Source: Rebecca billardiae RCC1528
Lineage: Eukaryota; Protista; Haptophyta
Assembly: GCA_965240325.2 (NCBI GenBank)
Contig: OZ251242.1
Coordinates: 434,001 to 498,000 of the forward strand
Length of the DNA stretch: 64,000 bases
Reading direction: 5' to 3'
The position numbers and the translations under genes were made by a program. The notes beneath the pieces are model-generated. The model searched no databases and was not told the DNA's origin. It saw only the letters and a list, made by a program, of their open reading frames with translations. This document shows, one piece after another, positions 32,138-43,903 of the stretch; positions within the stretch are counted from its first letter, which is position 1; each line of letters opens with the position of its first letter.

Positions 32138-33515
32138 ATGCAGTGCCGCTACGCTCTGCTCGCGTGCGCGCTCGTCGCGCTCGGGGCGCCGGGCGCGTCC
32201 GCCCGCGCGCCGCTCGTCGCGGCTCGGCATGCGTCCCTCTCGCAGCCCGCCCTCCGGCCGCCCGCACACCGCCGCCAGCAGCAGCTCGCGCCGCGCGCGA
32301 GCTCGCACATGGTGCTGCGCGGCGGCTCGGCGCTGCTGCAGCTGGCCTCTGTGCAGAAGGTGCTCGAGCTGGGCTCGATCGCCGTGTTCGGCGCGTACCT
32401 GCGCTCGCGGCTCGACGCGTCCGCGCTCACCACGCTCCTCCTCAAGGCGCTCGTCCCCGCCGTCATCCTCTCCTCGCTCGCGTCTCTCTCCGTCTCGCCC
32501 GAGCTGATGGGCTATGTGGGCGGCGGCGCGCTGCTGCTGCTGCTGCAGTTCTTCGCGGGGCACGCGTCGGCGCTGGCGATCCTCGGCGGCAAGCCGGAGC
32601 GCGCGACGCTGCGCCGCTCCGCCGCGCTCCAGGTCGGCACGATGGCGCCCGTCCTCTCCGTCTTTGCCTTCATCCGCGAGGTGAGCGCGCGGCCTCGCGC
32701 GCGACGCAGCGCGCGTGTGTCGCAGCGCTCGCCGCCGTGCCAACCGCGCCCCTCGCGCGCGCGCGCGCTCCCCCCGCGGCGTGCAGTTCGTCGGCGCGGA
32801 GAGCACGGGCTACGCCGCGCTCGTCGACCTGCCCTCGAAGGCGTACATGCTGCTGCTGATGCCGCTGTGGCTCAAGTTCCGTGGCGACGCGGCGGGGAAG
32901 GGCGCGCCCGCGGGCGACGCGGGCGCGCCGAAGGGGCTGAAGGCGCGCGTGGAGGGCGTGCTCAAGGAGCTGAGCGACCCGTTCAACGCGGCGATCCTGC
33001 TCGGCCTCCTCCTCGCCGCCACCGGCACGCCCGTCGCCGCGCTCGGGCCGGTCGGCGCCGCAGTGAAGGCGCTGTCGAGCGCGCAGACGCCAGTCCTGTT
33101 CCTGCTGATCGGGATGAAGTTCAAGGTGTCCGGCGGCACGCCGGCGTTCTGCCTCTCGCTGCTGCTCGCGCGGCACGGGATCGTCGCGCTGGGCACGGCG
33201 GCCTTCCTCAAGCTCGCCGCGATCACCGACCCGGGCACGCGCCTCGCCGCCGTGCTCTCCTCGCAGGCCGCCACCTCGATCGTGGGCTACGGCCAGATCG
33301 ACCGTGTCGCCAAGGCGAACCCGAAGCTCGGGTACGACACGGGCATCGCGTTCGACGTGGTGGGCATCTCGTACCCGCTCACGATCATGCTGAACACCGC
33401 CGCGTGCATCGCCGGCGCCGCGTACGTCGACCGGCTGCCCGTGCTCGGCGCCGCGCTGCTCGCCCTCGCCGCCGCCGTGTACGCGGCGTGCAAGGACAAG
33501 ATCGACGCGCTGTAG
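32138..33515 (+). CDS. AEC/Mem_trans-like multi-pass transporter with N-terminal presequence; exons 32138-32680, 32787-33515
   Basis: Signal peptide, about 10 TM segments, and LLLKALVPAVILSSL, DPFNAAILLG and AQTPVLFLLIG motifs. A phase-0 GT-AG intron joins the two ORFs. Confidence 0.7.
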
Positions 33516-34838
33516 TGAGCCGGAGCGCGGGCCCCAGGGAGCTCACAGCCGCGCATCAGCCCGTCAGTCAGCGGGCGGCAGTGCGAGCGTCACCACGGAC
33601 ACGGGCTTGCGGGCGCCCGTGGGTGTATCGGATCGCCCGGTCGTTGCGGCCACGCGATCGGACTACTACACTGGACAGCGCAGACGACTACTCAACGATG
33701 ACGACGTGATTGATCCAGCCTCCAGGCTGCGCGCCGTTTCCGCGGGCCTCATCATCCGGGCGTCCGCCGGCGGTTCACTGGTTGACCTAAGTACGGCGCG
33801 TCACAGTAGCCTCAGCCGGCGTGACGATGGCGTGATAGATGACTCGCGTCGATGATGATGATCACGGCCGAGTGTCAGCAACGCCGTCGCGGTAATATAG
33901 TATTATTGATATGATATATTATTTAATTATGTCGCGTGATCTGATCGGCGCTGCGCTAGTGCCTAGAGAGTAGAGTAGTGTGACACACTGACACTCGAGT
34001 GACAGGATCACAGGTGCTCCGGGGACGCGGACCGCGCCACGCGTGCACGCCCGACGGGCCGACGTCACGTCTCACCGCCTCACGAGTCACACGCCGGGCC
34101 GCGGTCACTACGCCGCCGGGTCAGTCAGGGTTGAGGGTACGTGCCGCCACGCGCGAGTAGTGAACTTGACGTCGTGGTCAGTCGTGCCCGTCCGGCTGCG
34201 TCATATCGATTATATCCATTACCCGGAATACTGCTTACTAAGTCAACTCGCCACTCCGACTCGGACGGTGCCGCGCCCGGCCGGAGACGCGCGAATCCGT
34301 GAAATTACTAATAATACTAATTACTATCCCGATGCATGTGACAACGCCCGAACGGGCGCCGCCAGCCCCGAGCGGTCAGTGAGCACTGGTGGCGGTGCCC
34401 GAGGCCGAGAGGCGAGGTCGCAGAGAAGCGAGAGGGCGCCCGAGACTGGCAGCGGCCGGGCCTCGCGACGGTCGCGCGGACCCTGCAGACAGCAGAGCCG
34501 CCGGGCCCGACGGACCGCCGGCCCGCGGGCGGAGGCCCGGCCTCCCCCGTCCCCCGGGCCGGCCGGACGGGGCCGTGTCGTACTCGGCGCGGGCGACGCC
34601 TGACCGGCGCGTGGCGGAGCGCTGGCCAGTTCACCGTAAGAGTGCGCGCGGCCTGCAGGCACGGCCCGCCGCGCCTTCGGCCGCGCTGACCGCGCGCGGC
34701 CGGGTGGCGGCGCACCACACTCGGTCTCACAGCCACAGGGTCGGTCGCATTCTGCCTCCGGCCGGAGTCCGGCGACGACATTAGACGTGACTCATCACTC
34801 AACTCTCAAGGCTAGTTCGCCTCCGCAGAGTGCGTGCG

Positions 34839-35929
34839 TCATGGGTGCGCCGCGGCGGCGGCGGCGGCGGGCTCGGGCGTCTGGCCCTCCGGGGGTGGCG
34901 CGTCGCCGTCGGCGCCCGCGCTGCCCTCCGCCTCGCCGTCGTACACCAGCCCGCCCTCCGTCTGCCCCCTCCAAGCGCGGCGACGCGCCTCGCGGTTGGC
35001 AAAGTACCACTCGACGTGGTCGGCGCCAGCGGGCGGCACCGCGGTGCGCGTCGCCTCGAAGGTGCCCGAGTTGTGCGGCGAGACGATGACGACGCCGTCG
35101 TGCGTCTGCATCCAGATCCCCTCCATCCGCTCCCCGTCCGCCGAGACCACCGCCGAGCACAGGTTCACCCACCGCCCCGAGTGTGACTCGTCCGAGCACA
35201 CCTCGTTGAACACGACCATGTTGCGCGTGCACTTGGCGAGGATGCGCATGCGCCACGGGCCCGCGACGTCGCCGATGACCCAGTCGCAGCGCGCGGCGTC
35301 GCGCGGCGCGAGCGCCTCGTTGAAGCCCTGCATCGCGTAGTGCGCGTGCAGCGGCAGGCCGATGTCCGCCTCCGCCGCGTCATCGTCCTCGTCCTCGGGC
35401 CAGATGCGCGAGCTCGGGAAGTCGCACAGCTGCGGCGGCGCGCGGCGCGCGCGCGGTGGCGGTCGGGCGTCCGGGGCGCGCGTGGGGCGCGGCGCGCGAG
35501 GGCGCGGGCGCGCCGCATCGCCGCGCCGCGCACCTGCATGTCGTACGAGTACCGCTCGCCCGACGCGTACCGGCCGAGCACCGACCAGAAGCCGGTGAGG
35601 CTGAGCCTTCGCAGCTTGCGCAGCCGCGCGCGCGCGGGGTGGAGCGCGGAGCCGTCGGCGGCGTGCTCGGGGTCGAAGAGCTCGGCGTGCACCATCGCGG
35701 ACCAGATCGCGTCGGTGGACTCCACCAGCTGCAGGCACCGCCGGCACGTCTGCGAGAAGGCGAGCGCGGCGAGCGCGCCGCGGCGCGAGTGGTGGTCGTC
35801 GGCCGCCTGCGTGAGCTGCAGCAGGATGTGCACGACGAGGTGGTCGGGCAGGTCGAGGAGCAGGCTGAGCGCACGCGCGCGCGGCGCCGACGCCGCGCCG
35901 CGCGGCTGCGCGGCATGCCGGCTGGCCAT
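34839..35929 (-). CDS. F-box-like protein; exons 35929-35534, 35429-34839
   Basis: LLDLPDHLVVHIL...FSQTCRR...DAIW is an F-box pattern. A GT-AG intron joins it to a beta-rich C-terminal frame. Confidence 0.7.
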
Positions 35930-36085
35930 GGCGCGCGCCCGAGTTGAGGCAGCCCGGATCTTGCGGCGCCGCGCTCGGCGGAGTTGGGGCAATGGGCAAT
36001 GGCCACTGAACGAGTAATGGGGCTCGTTAGAAATCCCGGGCTCCCTGCCTCCCTCCAAGGGGCTTTACAAAAAACGGCCCGCCAT

Positions 36086-37070
36086 AAGCCCATTTCACGT
36101 AACCAACCTCCAATAGCTGGCGGGAGTCTGAACTACAAACAATTCTGTCCGAGCCGAGAGGAGTTTGGGGAGAGGGCCGGGGCGGTGAGCCGCGTTGCCA
36201 GCCGCTCGGTGGCGCCGCCGCCGAGGTCGTCTCCGCGTCACACATCGACGTGCGTCGGTGTGATGTGTCTCATCGGGCGTGTGTGAGTACTTGCAGGGGC
36301 CCTGCATTCCTTTAAGGCTCGGCATCGCACTCCTCCGAGTGTGCACGCTCGTCAACGCCGTGCCGTGCGACTGCTGCGCGTGTGGGCTTACACGCCGGCA
36401 ATGTAGGCGAGACGAGCGGGGCTGAGCGCCAAGAGATGGGCGCTTCCACGCGGGAGTAGTCTGGTGCGAGGCCCCCGATCCCTCGCGCATCGGCTCGAAG
36501 CGCGCCTGAAGCACTGGGCACTCTCCTGCACAGTCTTGTCTCCCCCATCCCAAGCTGAGCTAAAACACCTCAGAACGACGTGTTTCTGCGATTTGGACGA
36601 TGGTGTGGCCATCGCGTGGGCAGCGGACAGACTCGCTACTTCAGCTCCAGGCGCGGTTCGAGCCGATGCGCGAGGGATCGGGGGCCTCGCACCAGACTAC
36701 TCCCGCGTGGAAGCGCCCATCTCTTGGCGCTCAGCCCCGCTCGTCTCGCCTACATTGCCGGCGTGTAAGCCCACACGCGCAGCAGTCGCACGGCACGGCG
36801 TTGACGAGCGTGCACACTCGGAGGAGTGCGATGCCGAGCCTTAAAGGAATGCAGGGCCCCTGCAAGTACTCACACACGCCCGATGAGACACATCACACCG
36901 ACGCACGTCGATGTGTGACGCGGAGACGACCTCGGCGGCGGCGCCACCGAGCGGCTGGCAACGCGGCTCACCGCCCCGGCCCTCCCCCCAAACTCCTCTC
37001 GGCTCGGACAGAATTGTTTGTAGTTCAGACTCCCGCCAGCTATTGGAGGTTGGTTACGTGAAATGGGCTT
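36086..37070. mobile_element. Non-autonomous foldback-type DNA transposon: ~425-bp inverted arms, ~130-bp spacer
   Basis: ~36084-36512 is the near-perfect reverse complement of ~36644-37072. The ends ataagcccatttcac / gtgaaatgggcttat allow a TA or AT TSD. Confidence 0.85.
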
Positions 37071-37536
37071 ATACCACCTCCAGACCTCTAGATCCTGTCC
37101 CGACTCCCAATACCTTTGAGGTCGGATGGGTCGGTTGCTACGTTTTCGCCAAATCCCAACCTCCCGAGCGACCGGGTAACATTACCCCTGCTTCATCTGC
37201 GCGCCGCTTCGCGGGCGCCGCGGCGGGCCAATAATTAGCGCCTGGGGAGTGGGGACTAATACTGGTATACTGGTACAGTGGTACTTATGATATGCTCTGC
37301 TGTATTTACCACCTTGCAGTATCATTCGTATCCAAATATGGGCCAACAACATGTCCCTACCCACACAGTATTAAACATCTGCGCGGGCTTCTCAGCTCTT
37401 TCGCTCGGCGCGACGACGGTTTCGGCCCTCTTCGACCGCACTAGAGTGAGTCGGCAAACACTCTCGGCGGCAGCACCGGCTCCTCCTGGCGCGGTTCCTT
37501 CGTCGCCTCCACCTCTACAACATCGCGTTGAGCCCG

Positions 37537-38643
37537 ATGTCGTCGTCAGGCCGCGTGCTCGCCGTCCTCGCCGTGCTGCCGCTCGCCGCAGCCTTCGGCT
37601 CGTTTGATCGCCAGGAGCCGGCGTGCCCTGCGACGGATGAGCTCGTCCCGTCGGCAAAGGCGCGGATGCGTGCCATCCTGCAGGCCGCCGAGCCGGGCGG
37701 CGACCCGGCAGGGCTCTCGTACATCAACGCGGAGGACTACACGCAGGTGCGCGCGTCTGCCGTGCGGTGCGCACGGCGACGGGTGCGGCCACTGGCTCGA
37801 CGAGCAGCGCGCGCGCGCGCGCCGACCTCGCCCTGCCCCTTGCCTACGCTCACGCCCTCCTGCGGCAACGACCCATCGCCCGAACCCCCGTACGATTGCG
37901 CTCCGGCCTCGCAGCACAACGTGCTCGTGCCCGACGGCTTCGCGGGCTTCGCGAGCTTCCTCGGCCAGCTGACGACGCCCGTGTCGGTGACGCCGGTCCG
38001 GCAGATCCGCGACCGCGACCTCGTGGCGACGCACAACGTGTGGGACTTTGGCGGCCCGGCGATCGGCTTTGACATCCTCCGCTTCGAGTGCGGGCTCGCC
38101 GTCGAGCACTGGGACAACCTGCAGGGATACACGGGCGAGATCCCGACCAACCCGTCGGGGAACTCGATGGTCGACGGCCCCGTCGCGCCCATCCCCGCGA
38201 CGCCCGAGCGCGTGGCGCGCAACAAGGCCATCGTGGTCGACATGGTGACGCGCGTGCTCATGAACGGCGACGCGAGCGCGATCGAGGAGCACGTGGGCGA
38301 GACGTACACGCAGCACAACCCGGACATCCCCGACGGCAAGGAGGGCCTGCTCGCGGCGATCGGCGCGCTCGCGGAGGCCGGCGTCGTGCTGCGCTACACC
38401 AAGCTGCACGCCATCCTCGGCGAGGGCAACTTTGTGCTCACCGTCTCCGAGGGCCTGTACGGCCCGGCGCCCGGCACGCGGCACGGCTTCTACGACCTCT
38501 TCCGGCTCGAAGGCGACAAGGTGGTCGAGCACTGGGACACGATCCAGCCGATCCCGCCCGCCGAGGAGCACGCCCACGACAACGGCCACTTCGGCACCTT
38601 CCCTGACTACACGAACCCCGAGCAGTTTGCGATGACGTCCTAG
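37537..38643 (+). CDS. Secreted tandem SnoaL/NTF2-like protein; intron 37747-37914
   Basis: Signal peptide plus two domains, each with YTQHN and D-x-x-R-x-E-x-x-x-x-VEHWD. The intron splits the first YTQ|HN. Confidence 0.85.
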   Translation: MSSSGRVLAVLAVLPLAAAFGSFDRQEPACPATDELVPSAKARMRAILQAAEPGGDPAGLSYINAEDYTQVRASAVRCARRRVRPLARRAARARAPTSPCPLPTLTPSCGNDPSPEPPYDCAPASQHNVLVPDGFAGFASFLGQLTTPVSVTPVRQIRDRDLVATHNVWDFGGPAIGFDILRFECGLAVEHWDNLQGYTGEIPTNPSGNSMVDGPVAPIPATPERVARNKAIVVDMVTRVLMNGDASAIEEHVGETYTQHNPDIPDGKEGLLAAIGALAEAGVVLRYTKLHAILGEGNFVLTVSEGLYGPAPGTRHGFYDLFRLEGDKVVEHWDTIQPIPPAEEHAHDNGHFGTFPDYTNPEQFAMTS

Positions 38644-39049
38644 TCGTAGCCGCACGTACGAGTGGATCGTACGACCCGCCTCGCTCATCTCTCCGCCAGT
38701 TACTCACCCGGTCGGCACTCGCGGACGGCGCTGACTGTGGCCACCATGGACTGCAGCTGGCCGCGGACGCGGCCATCGACGGGCAGGCTCAACGGGCTGC
38801 CAGCTGATGACGAGGCGTGTCGAACGTGGAGGTGCAGGCCTGACTGAGGGCTTCTGCGGCTTGGTCTTCTCACGCGGCACGAGGCCGTGCCGCGTGCGTG
38901 CGCCCGGGCTGCAGAGCCTGTAGATATCTTCTGCTGATAAGAAGCTTGAATACTCTTGATGCGGACTTTACCTACTGGGTGGGTAAAAGCTTGAATACAA
39001 TTCGGGACGCCGCGACCGGCCACGCGGCACCCGGTCCTGCCTCGTAGCC

Positions 39050-40331
39050 ATGGCTGCTGCGTCCGACGCCGCGCCTGCGGCCGACGCCGCGGCGCCCGCC
39101 GCCGCCGAGGCGCCGGTGTCGTCCCCGGGCTCCGTGACGGGCCCGCTGACGGGCGAGAAGCTCGACAAGGAGATCAAGCGGCAGATCGAGTACTACTTCT
39201 CCACCAAGAACTACGCGCGCGACAAGTTCATGAAGGAGAAGGCGGCGCTCGACCCCGACGGGTACATCACGCTCGAGTGCCTGTGCACGTTCCCGAACAT
39301 GAAGAAGATGCTCCCGTCGCAGGACGTCGCGGTGGTCGCCGCCGCCCTCGCCGGCTCGGTCACCGTGCAGCTCTCGGACGACAAGCTCAAGGCGCGCCGC
39401 AACCCCGAGTCGCTCAAGGCGACGATCGGCGGCCGCACCTTCTACACGCGCAGCGAGCTCGTCGAGTACATCCGCGGCGTGATGAGGCGCGGGCAGCAGG
39501 CGGTGCGCGCGCCGCCGCCGCCGCGCCGCCTTCGCCCGAGCGCCGCGTCGGCCCGCGCGCCCGCCCGCCACGCCGACCGCGCGCTCGCTCGCGCGCGCGC
39601 GCCGCGCCGCGCAGGCGCTCGTGCCGGACGACGAGCAGTTTGTGCGCGCGCTGTTCGAGAAGCACGAGCGCGCGGCGGAGAAGGCGGGCCCGGGCGTCGC
39701 GTCGATCAAGGTGGGCCGGCCGAAGGACTTCCCGGACTCGCAGTGCTTCGTGCTCGTGCGCGCCGACGGCAGCGAGGAGGACTTCTCCTATCTCAAGTGC
39801 GTCGCGGCAGTGTTTGGCGAGGAGGCGGAGGACGCGCCCGGCTCGCGCGGCAAGCGCACGCGCAGCGGCGGCGGCGGCGGCGAGGGCTCGGCCGAGCCCG
39901 CGGCGAAGCGCGGCCCCGGCGCGGAGCCGCCGGCCAAGCGCGCCTTCGAGTACACCTCCGGGCTCGTCCTGGTGATCGAGGGCGCGTCGCTCGAGCCGAG
40001 CCAGGCCAAGGAGGTGCGCGACGCGCTCGGCGCGTACGGCGCGTGCAAGTTCGTCGAGATCGTGGACGAGCAGCCGCTGATGTACGCGCGGTTCGCGGAG
40101 GCCGAGGCGGTGGCCAAGGCGGCCGCCGAGCTCAAGGAGTGGGACGGCACGCCCGTCACCACCTCCGTGCTCGAGGGCGACGAGGAGAAGGAGTACTATG
40201 CCAAGATCCAGGCAAAGTCGGCCGAGCGCTCAAAGGGCGGCGGCGGCGGCGGGCGCGGCGGCGGGCGCGGCGGGCGCGGCGGGCGCGGCGGGCGCGGCGG
40301 GCGCGGGCGCGGCTACCGCGGCAAGCGCTAG
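39050..40331 (+). CDS. La-motif protein with DUF3223 (DCL) domain, xRRM-like domain and RGG tail; intron ~39503-39614
   Basis: La motif (RQIEYYFSTKNYARDKF...TFPNMKK); DCL motifs (LFEKHERAAEKAGPGVASIKV, SQCFVLVRADGSEEDFSYLKC); LEGDEEKEYYAKI helix as in La RRM2/xRRM; terminal (RGG)n. Confidence 0.85.
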
Positions 40332-41278
40332 CACGCCCCGCCGCGCTCCCGGACCGACGGCTTGTCCGGCGGAGCGGCGCGGGAGTGCAGCCGCCTGAGC
40401 CCGGCGGCGCAGAGCCCTGGCGAGTCAGTGGCCCGGACGAGACCGACTGTGCACGGCCGTAGGCTACGCGGCGTAGGATTCGATTCACGATTGCGATCTC
40501 GGATTTGCCGTCAAGGCCGGCGGCGGCAGGCGGCACGCGGCCCCGGTTCCGCCTCTCTCTCTCCGTCTCTCTCTCTCTAGCGACCAGCTACGGCACCGTG
40601 GATATGATCCGACTAGTGTCAGAGTCAGTTATCTGTTAAACTTATGCCGCCGTTAATTTATTTAATTTTAAATTCAAAAAGTAATTATAATAATTATTAT
40701 TTGATTCTAATCGACGCCCACCGGCGGGATCGTCGGGGCGATGCGCGGCTGCTCGGGCGGCATCTGTCCGCCGCCGCAAGCGGGTCCGATCCGCGCCGCC
40801 GCCGCGCTGCCAGGGCAGCGGCGGGGCGACGCGGAGGACTCGGCGGGCGCGGCCGTTTAGTGGACCGTGCGCCCGCCGCACCGCTTGCGCGTGATCGGAT
40901 GGGCCCTGAGTTCGCAGGCACGCGGCCCGACCGCCCGATGCCGGGGCCTCGGGCGCGAGTGCGCCGTTCGCAGGCCCACGCGGGCCCGAGTCGGGAGCGC
41001 GGGCGAAGAACGGGAGCGAGGCCGATGAGCTGCGCGCGCGTCCGACGACGTCGAGGCGGGGCGCGGCGATATGATGAGGTGTACACTACTGTGATGCAGG
41101 GTGCTGCGGCGGAGAGGACGGGTGAGGAGCAGGAAGAGGGCTGAGCGCGGAGGAGACGGTGCGACGAGGCAGGCACGACGGGTGCGTGGTGGTACGTGTA
41201 CAGAGACGAGGACTGCGAGGATGACGCCGGCCAGCCGAGCGGCCGCCGGTGTCGGTGCATGCGCCGAGCGGGCGGCGC

Positions 41279-41584
41279 TCACGCGCCCGGCTGGTGCTCG
41301 TCCGCTTTCGGCTGGCCCGCGTCGCCCGCGGCGCTGACGCCAACGCCCTGCGCGGCGGCGATGAGGCTCTGCGCGTACTGCCGCGCGAGCTCCTCCTTGC
41401 GCTCCTCGCGATCGTCCTCCGAGAGGCGGATCGGCGGCAGCCGGCCCCCGCTGCCCGCCGTCGTGGCCGCGGCCGTGCTGAACGTCGAGAGCGCGGCGAC
41501 GGCGGCGGGAGCGTGCGCGGGGAGCGCGAGAGCGGCCGGGACCTTGCCGCCGACCCGAGCGAAGCGCGCGCACACGGAGAGCAT
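41279..41584 (-). CDS. Small hypothetical protein, possibly mitochondrion-targeted; 3' end unresolved
   Basis: MLSVCARFARVGG...STFSTAA presequence-like start, then a charged helix. The apparent stop overlaps a GTGAGC donor-like site. Confidence 0.45.
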   Translation of the reverse strand: MLSVCARFARVGGKVPAALALPAHAPAAVAALSTFSTAAATTAGSGGRLPPIRLSEDDREERKEELARQYAQSLIAAAQGVGVSAAGDAGQPKADEHQPGA

Positions 41585-41960
41585 CGTCGAGAGCGAGGCG
41601 GGCGGAAGGCGGCGGGCGCTGCGCGAACTCTCACGCGACTCGGAAGCTCGAGGGGGCGGCGGCTGTCTCGAAGCCGACGACCAGTGCGCACGCGCGAGGA
41701 AGCGGCCGGCCTGAACAGTCACGGTCGCAGCGCCGAACGGGCATTATGGGGTTGTTTGAAAAGGAGCTGGTCGTATTCCGCAAGTCTGAAGTGATTGGAA
41801 CCGACGCGAGGTCTGGGCCAATTTGCGACCGTCCGGGACGGCGATTTTGGAGGCTGAAATATGCGCTCGCACGCTCGACTTTGGATCAAACGTGCGCATC
41901 GGCTTGAACATTGATTCTATCAATACCCATCACTCCAGTCACGTCTTCGTGCCGCGCACG

Positions 41961-43763
41961 ATGGCGGCCGCCGACGCGTGGGCGCTCTTCGGGGGTGAGG
42001 ACGAGGCCGACGGGCCCGCCCCCGCGGCGCCGGTCGCGCGCGGCGTGCGCGCGGCGGAGCACGCGCACTTTGCGCCCGCGCGCGGCCTCTGGCCCGACCC
42101 GCCGTGGCCCGCGCCGCGCGCGCGCACGGCGCTCGGCGGCGCGCTGCGCGCGCGCGGCGCGCGCGCGTGCGCCGAGCTGCGCGCGCACGAGCCGTACGGC
42201 CGCGCGGCCGCGCGCCAGGCCGCGGCGATGATCGAGCAGTTCGGCGACGCCGGCGCCGACCCGGCCGCGCTGGCGCGCGCCGCCGCCGCCGCGCGCGCGT
42301 GCCTCGACCTCGCGCGCGCGCAGCTCGAGGAGGGCGCGCGCGCGTGGGGCGGCGCGTGCTGGGCGCGCGCCGCGCAGCTCGCGCTCGGCGTGCAGCTCGT
42401 CGCCGCGCTGGACGCGCCGGCGGCGGCGGAGGCGACGCCACCCGGCGCCGCCGTGCAGCCTCTCGCGCGGCTCGCGCTCTGGCTGCTCAGCGCCGCCGTG
42501 CACGCGGGCGCCGACGCCGACGGCGCGCGCGGCGGCGGCGGCGCCAGCGGCGCCGGCGGCGACGGCTCGTGGTGCGGCGCCCTGGTGCGCGAGGCGGAGG
42601 CGCGGGTGAGCCGCGAGTGCGCGCTGCTCGGCGCGCCGTACGCCGGGCCCACGTACGCCGGCGGCGTGTGGGGCGCCGCGCCGCTCGTGCGCCGCGCCGC
42701 GCCGCCCGCCCCGCCGCCGCCGCCGCGGCCGCCGCCGCGCGCGGCCGCGGCCGCGCTTGTCATCCCAGTCGGGCGCGCGCCTCCGGCGGCGGCGCTCGCG
42801 CTGCGGCGCGGCGACGCGCTGGGCGGGGTGCGCGTGCCGCGCGCGCGCGCGGCCGAGCTCGGCGCCGCCGCCTTCTACACCGCGCACGTCGCGAAGCGCG
42901 CGCCCGTCGTCCTCGAGGGCCTGCTGGCGGCCGAGGCCGGGGCCGGGGCCGAGGCGGAGGCGGCGGCGGCGGCGGAAGCGGAGGGCGCGGCGGCGGCGGA
43001 GGGCGGCGGCGACGGCGACGACGACGGCGCGTGGGCGCTCGGCCGGCTCGCCGACCTGGGCTGGCTCGCGCGCGAGCACGGGGAGCGGACGGTGCCCGTC
43101 AACCTGGGCTGCCCGATGATCGACGGCGGCGACGAGCGCGCCGCCGCGTACGCGGGCGAGTGCGCGCTGCCGCTGCGCGAGCTCGTCAGCTCTTACCTCG
43201 CGCCCTCGCTCGCGACGCAGGCCGAGGCAGACGCGGCCGCGGCGGCGGCGATGGCGGGCGGCGCGGGCGGCGCGGACTGCGGGGCGGCGGCGGACGAGGA
43301 GGTGCACTGCCGCGTGGCGTACATGTCGCAGCACGCGCTCTTCCACCACGCGCCCGCGCTGCAGCGCCTCATCTCCGTGCCGCCGCACGCGCTCGGCCGC
43401 GCGCTCGCGCCGGTGAACGCGTGGGTGGGCACGCGCGGCACGGTGACCGCGCTGCACGCCGACGCGCCGGACAACCTGCTCGCGCAGGCGGCGGGGTACA
43501 AGTACGTGCGGCTGTACGAGGGCGCGCCCGACGCGCCCGAGCTGTACCCCGCCGACCCGCTGCGCGCCGGCTCCGCCGCAGACGAGTACGCGCGCTCCGC
43601 CGTGCGCGTCGAGGCGCCCGCGCGCGAGCACGCCGACTTCGACGCGCGCGCGCGCTTTGCGCACGCGGTGCTCGGGCCGGGCGACGTGCTCTTCATCCCG
43701 GGGCGGCGGTGGCACTACGTGCGCAGCCTGAGCACCAGCGTCTCGGTCAACTTCTGGATGTAG
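41961..43763 (+). CDS. JmjC/cupin-8 hydroxylase, JMJD5(KDM8)-like
   Basis: YMSQHALF, VNAWVGTRGTVTALHAD (HxD), NLLAQAAGYKYVRLY and GDVLFIPGRRWHYVRSLSTSVSVNFW. Confidence 0.85.
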   Translation: MAAADAWALFGGEDEADGPAPAAPVARGVRAAEHAHFAPARGLWPDPPWPAPRARTALGGALRARGARACAELRAHEPYGRAAARQAAAMIEQFGDAGADPAALARAAAAARACLDLARAQLEEGARAWGGACWARAAQLALGVQLVAALDAPAAAEATPPGAAVQPLARLALWLLSAAVHAGADADGARGGGGASGAGGDGSWCGALVREAEARVSRECALLGAPYAGPTYAGGVWGAAPLVRRAAPPAPPPPPRPPPRAAAAALVIPVGRAPPAAALALRRGDALGGVRVPRARAAELGAAAFYTAHVAKRAPVVLEGLLAAEAGAGAEAEAAAAAEAEGAAAAEGGGDGDDDGAWALGRLADLGWLAREHGERTVPVNLGCPMIDGGDERAAAYAGECALPLRELVSSYLAPSLATQAEADAAAAAAMAGGAGGADCGAAADEEVHCRVAYMSQHALFHHAPALQRLISVPPHALGRALAPVNAWVGTRGTVTALHADAPDNLLAQAAGYKYVRLYEGAPDAPELYPADPLRAGSAADEYARSAVRVEAPAREHADFDARARFAHAVLGPGDVLFIPGRRWHYVRSLSTSVSVNFWM

Positions 43764-43903
43764 GCGCGCGCGACGAGCAGGGGCGGCGCGCGCGCGTCGA
43801 GAGAAGTCCGGCCGTCGCCCTCGGGGCCTGTTGGCTGTTGGATCAAACTCAAAGGAATTATTTAGGAATGATGATGAAGGGTGGGCGTCCCAGTCTGAGC
43901 ATA

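Noticed and set aside
37747-37914. Several stop-free introns with lengths divisible by 3, suggesting regulated retention
   Set aside because: The fraction is near the one-third expected by chance, and stops are rare at this GC content.
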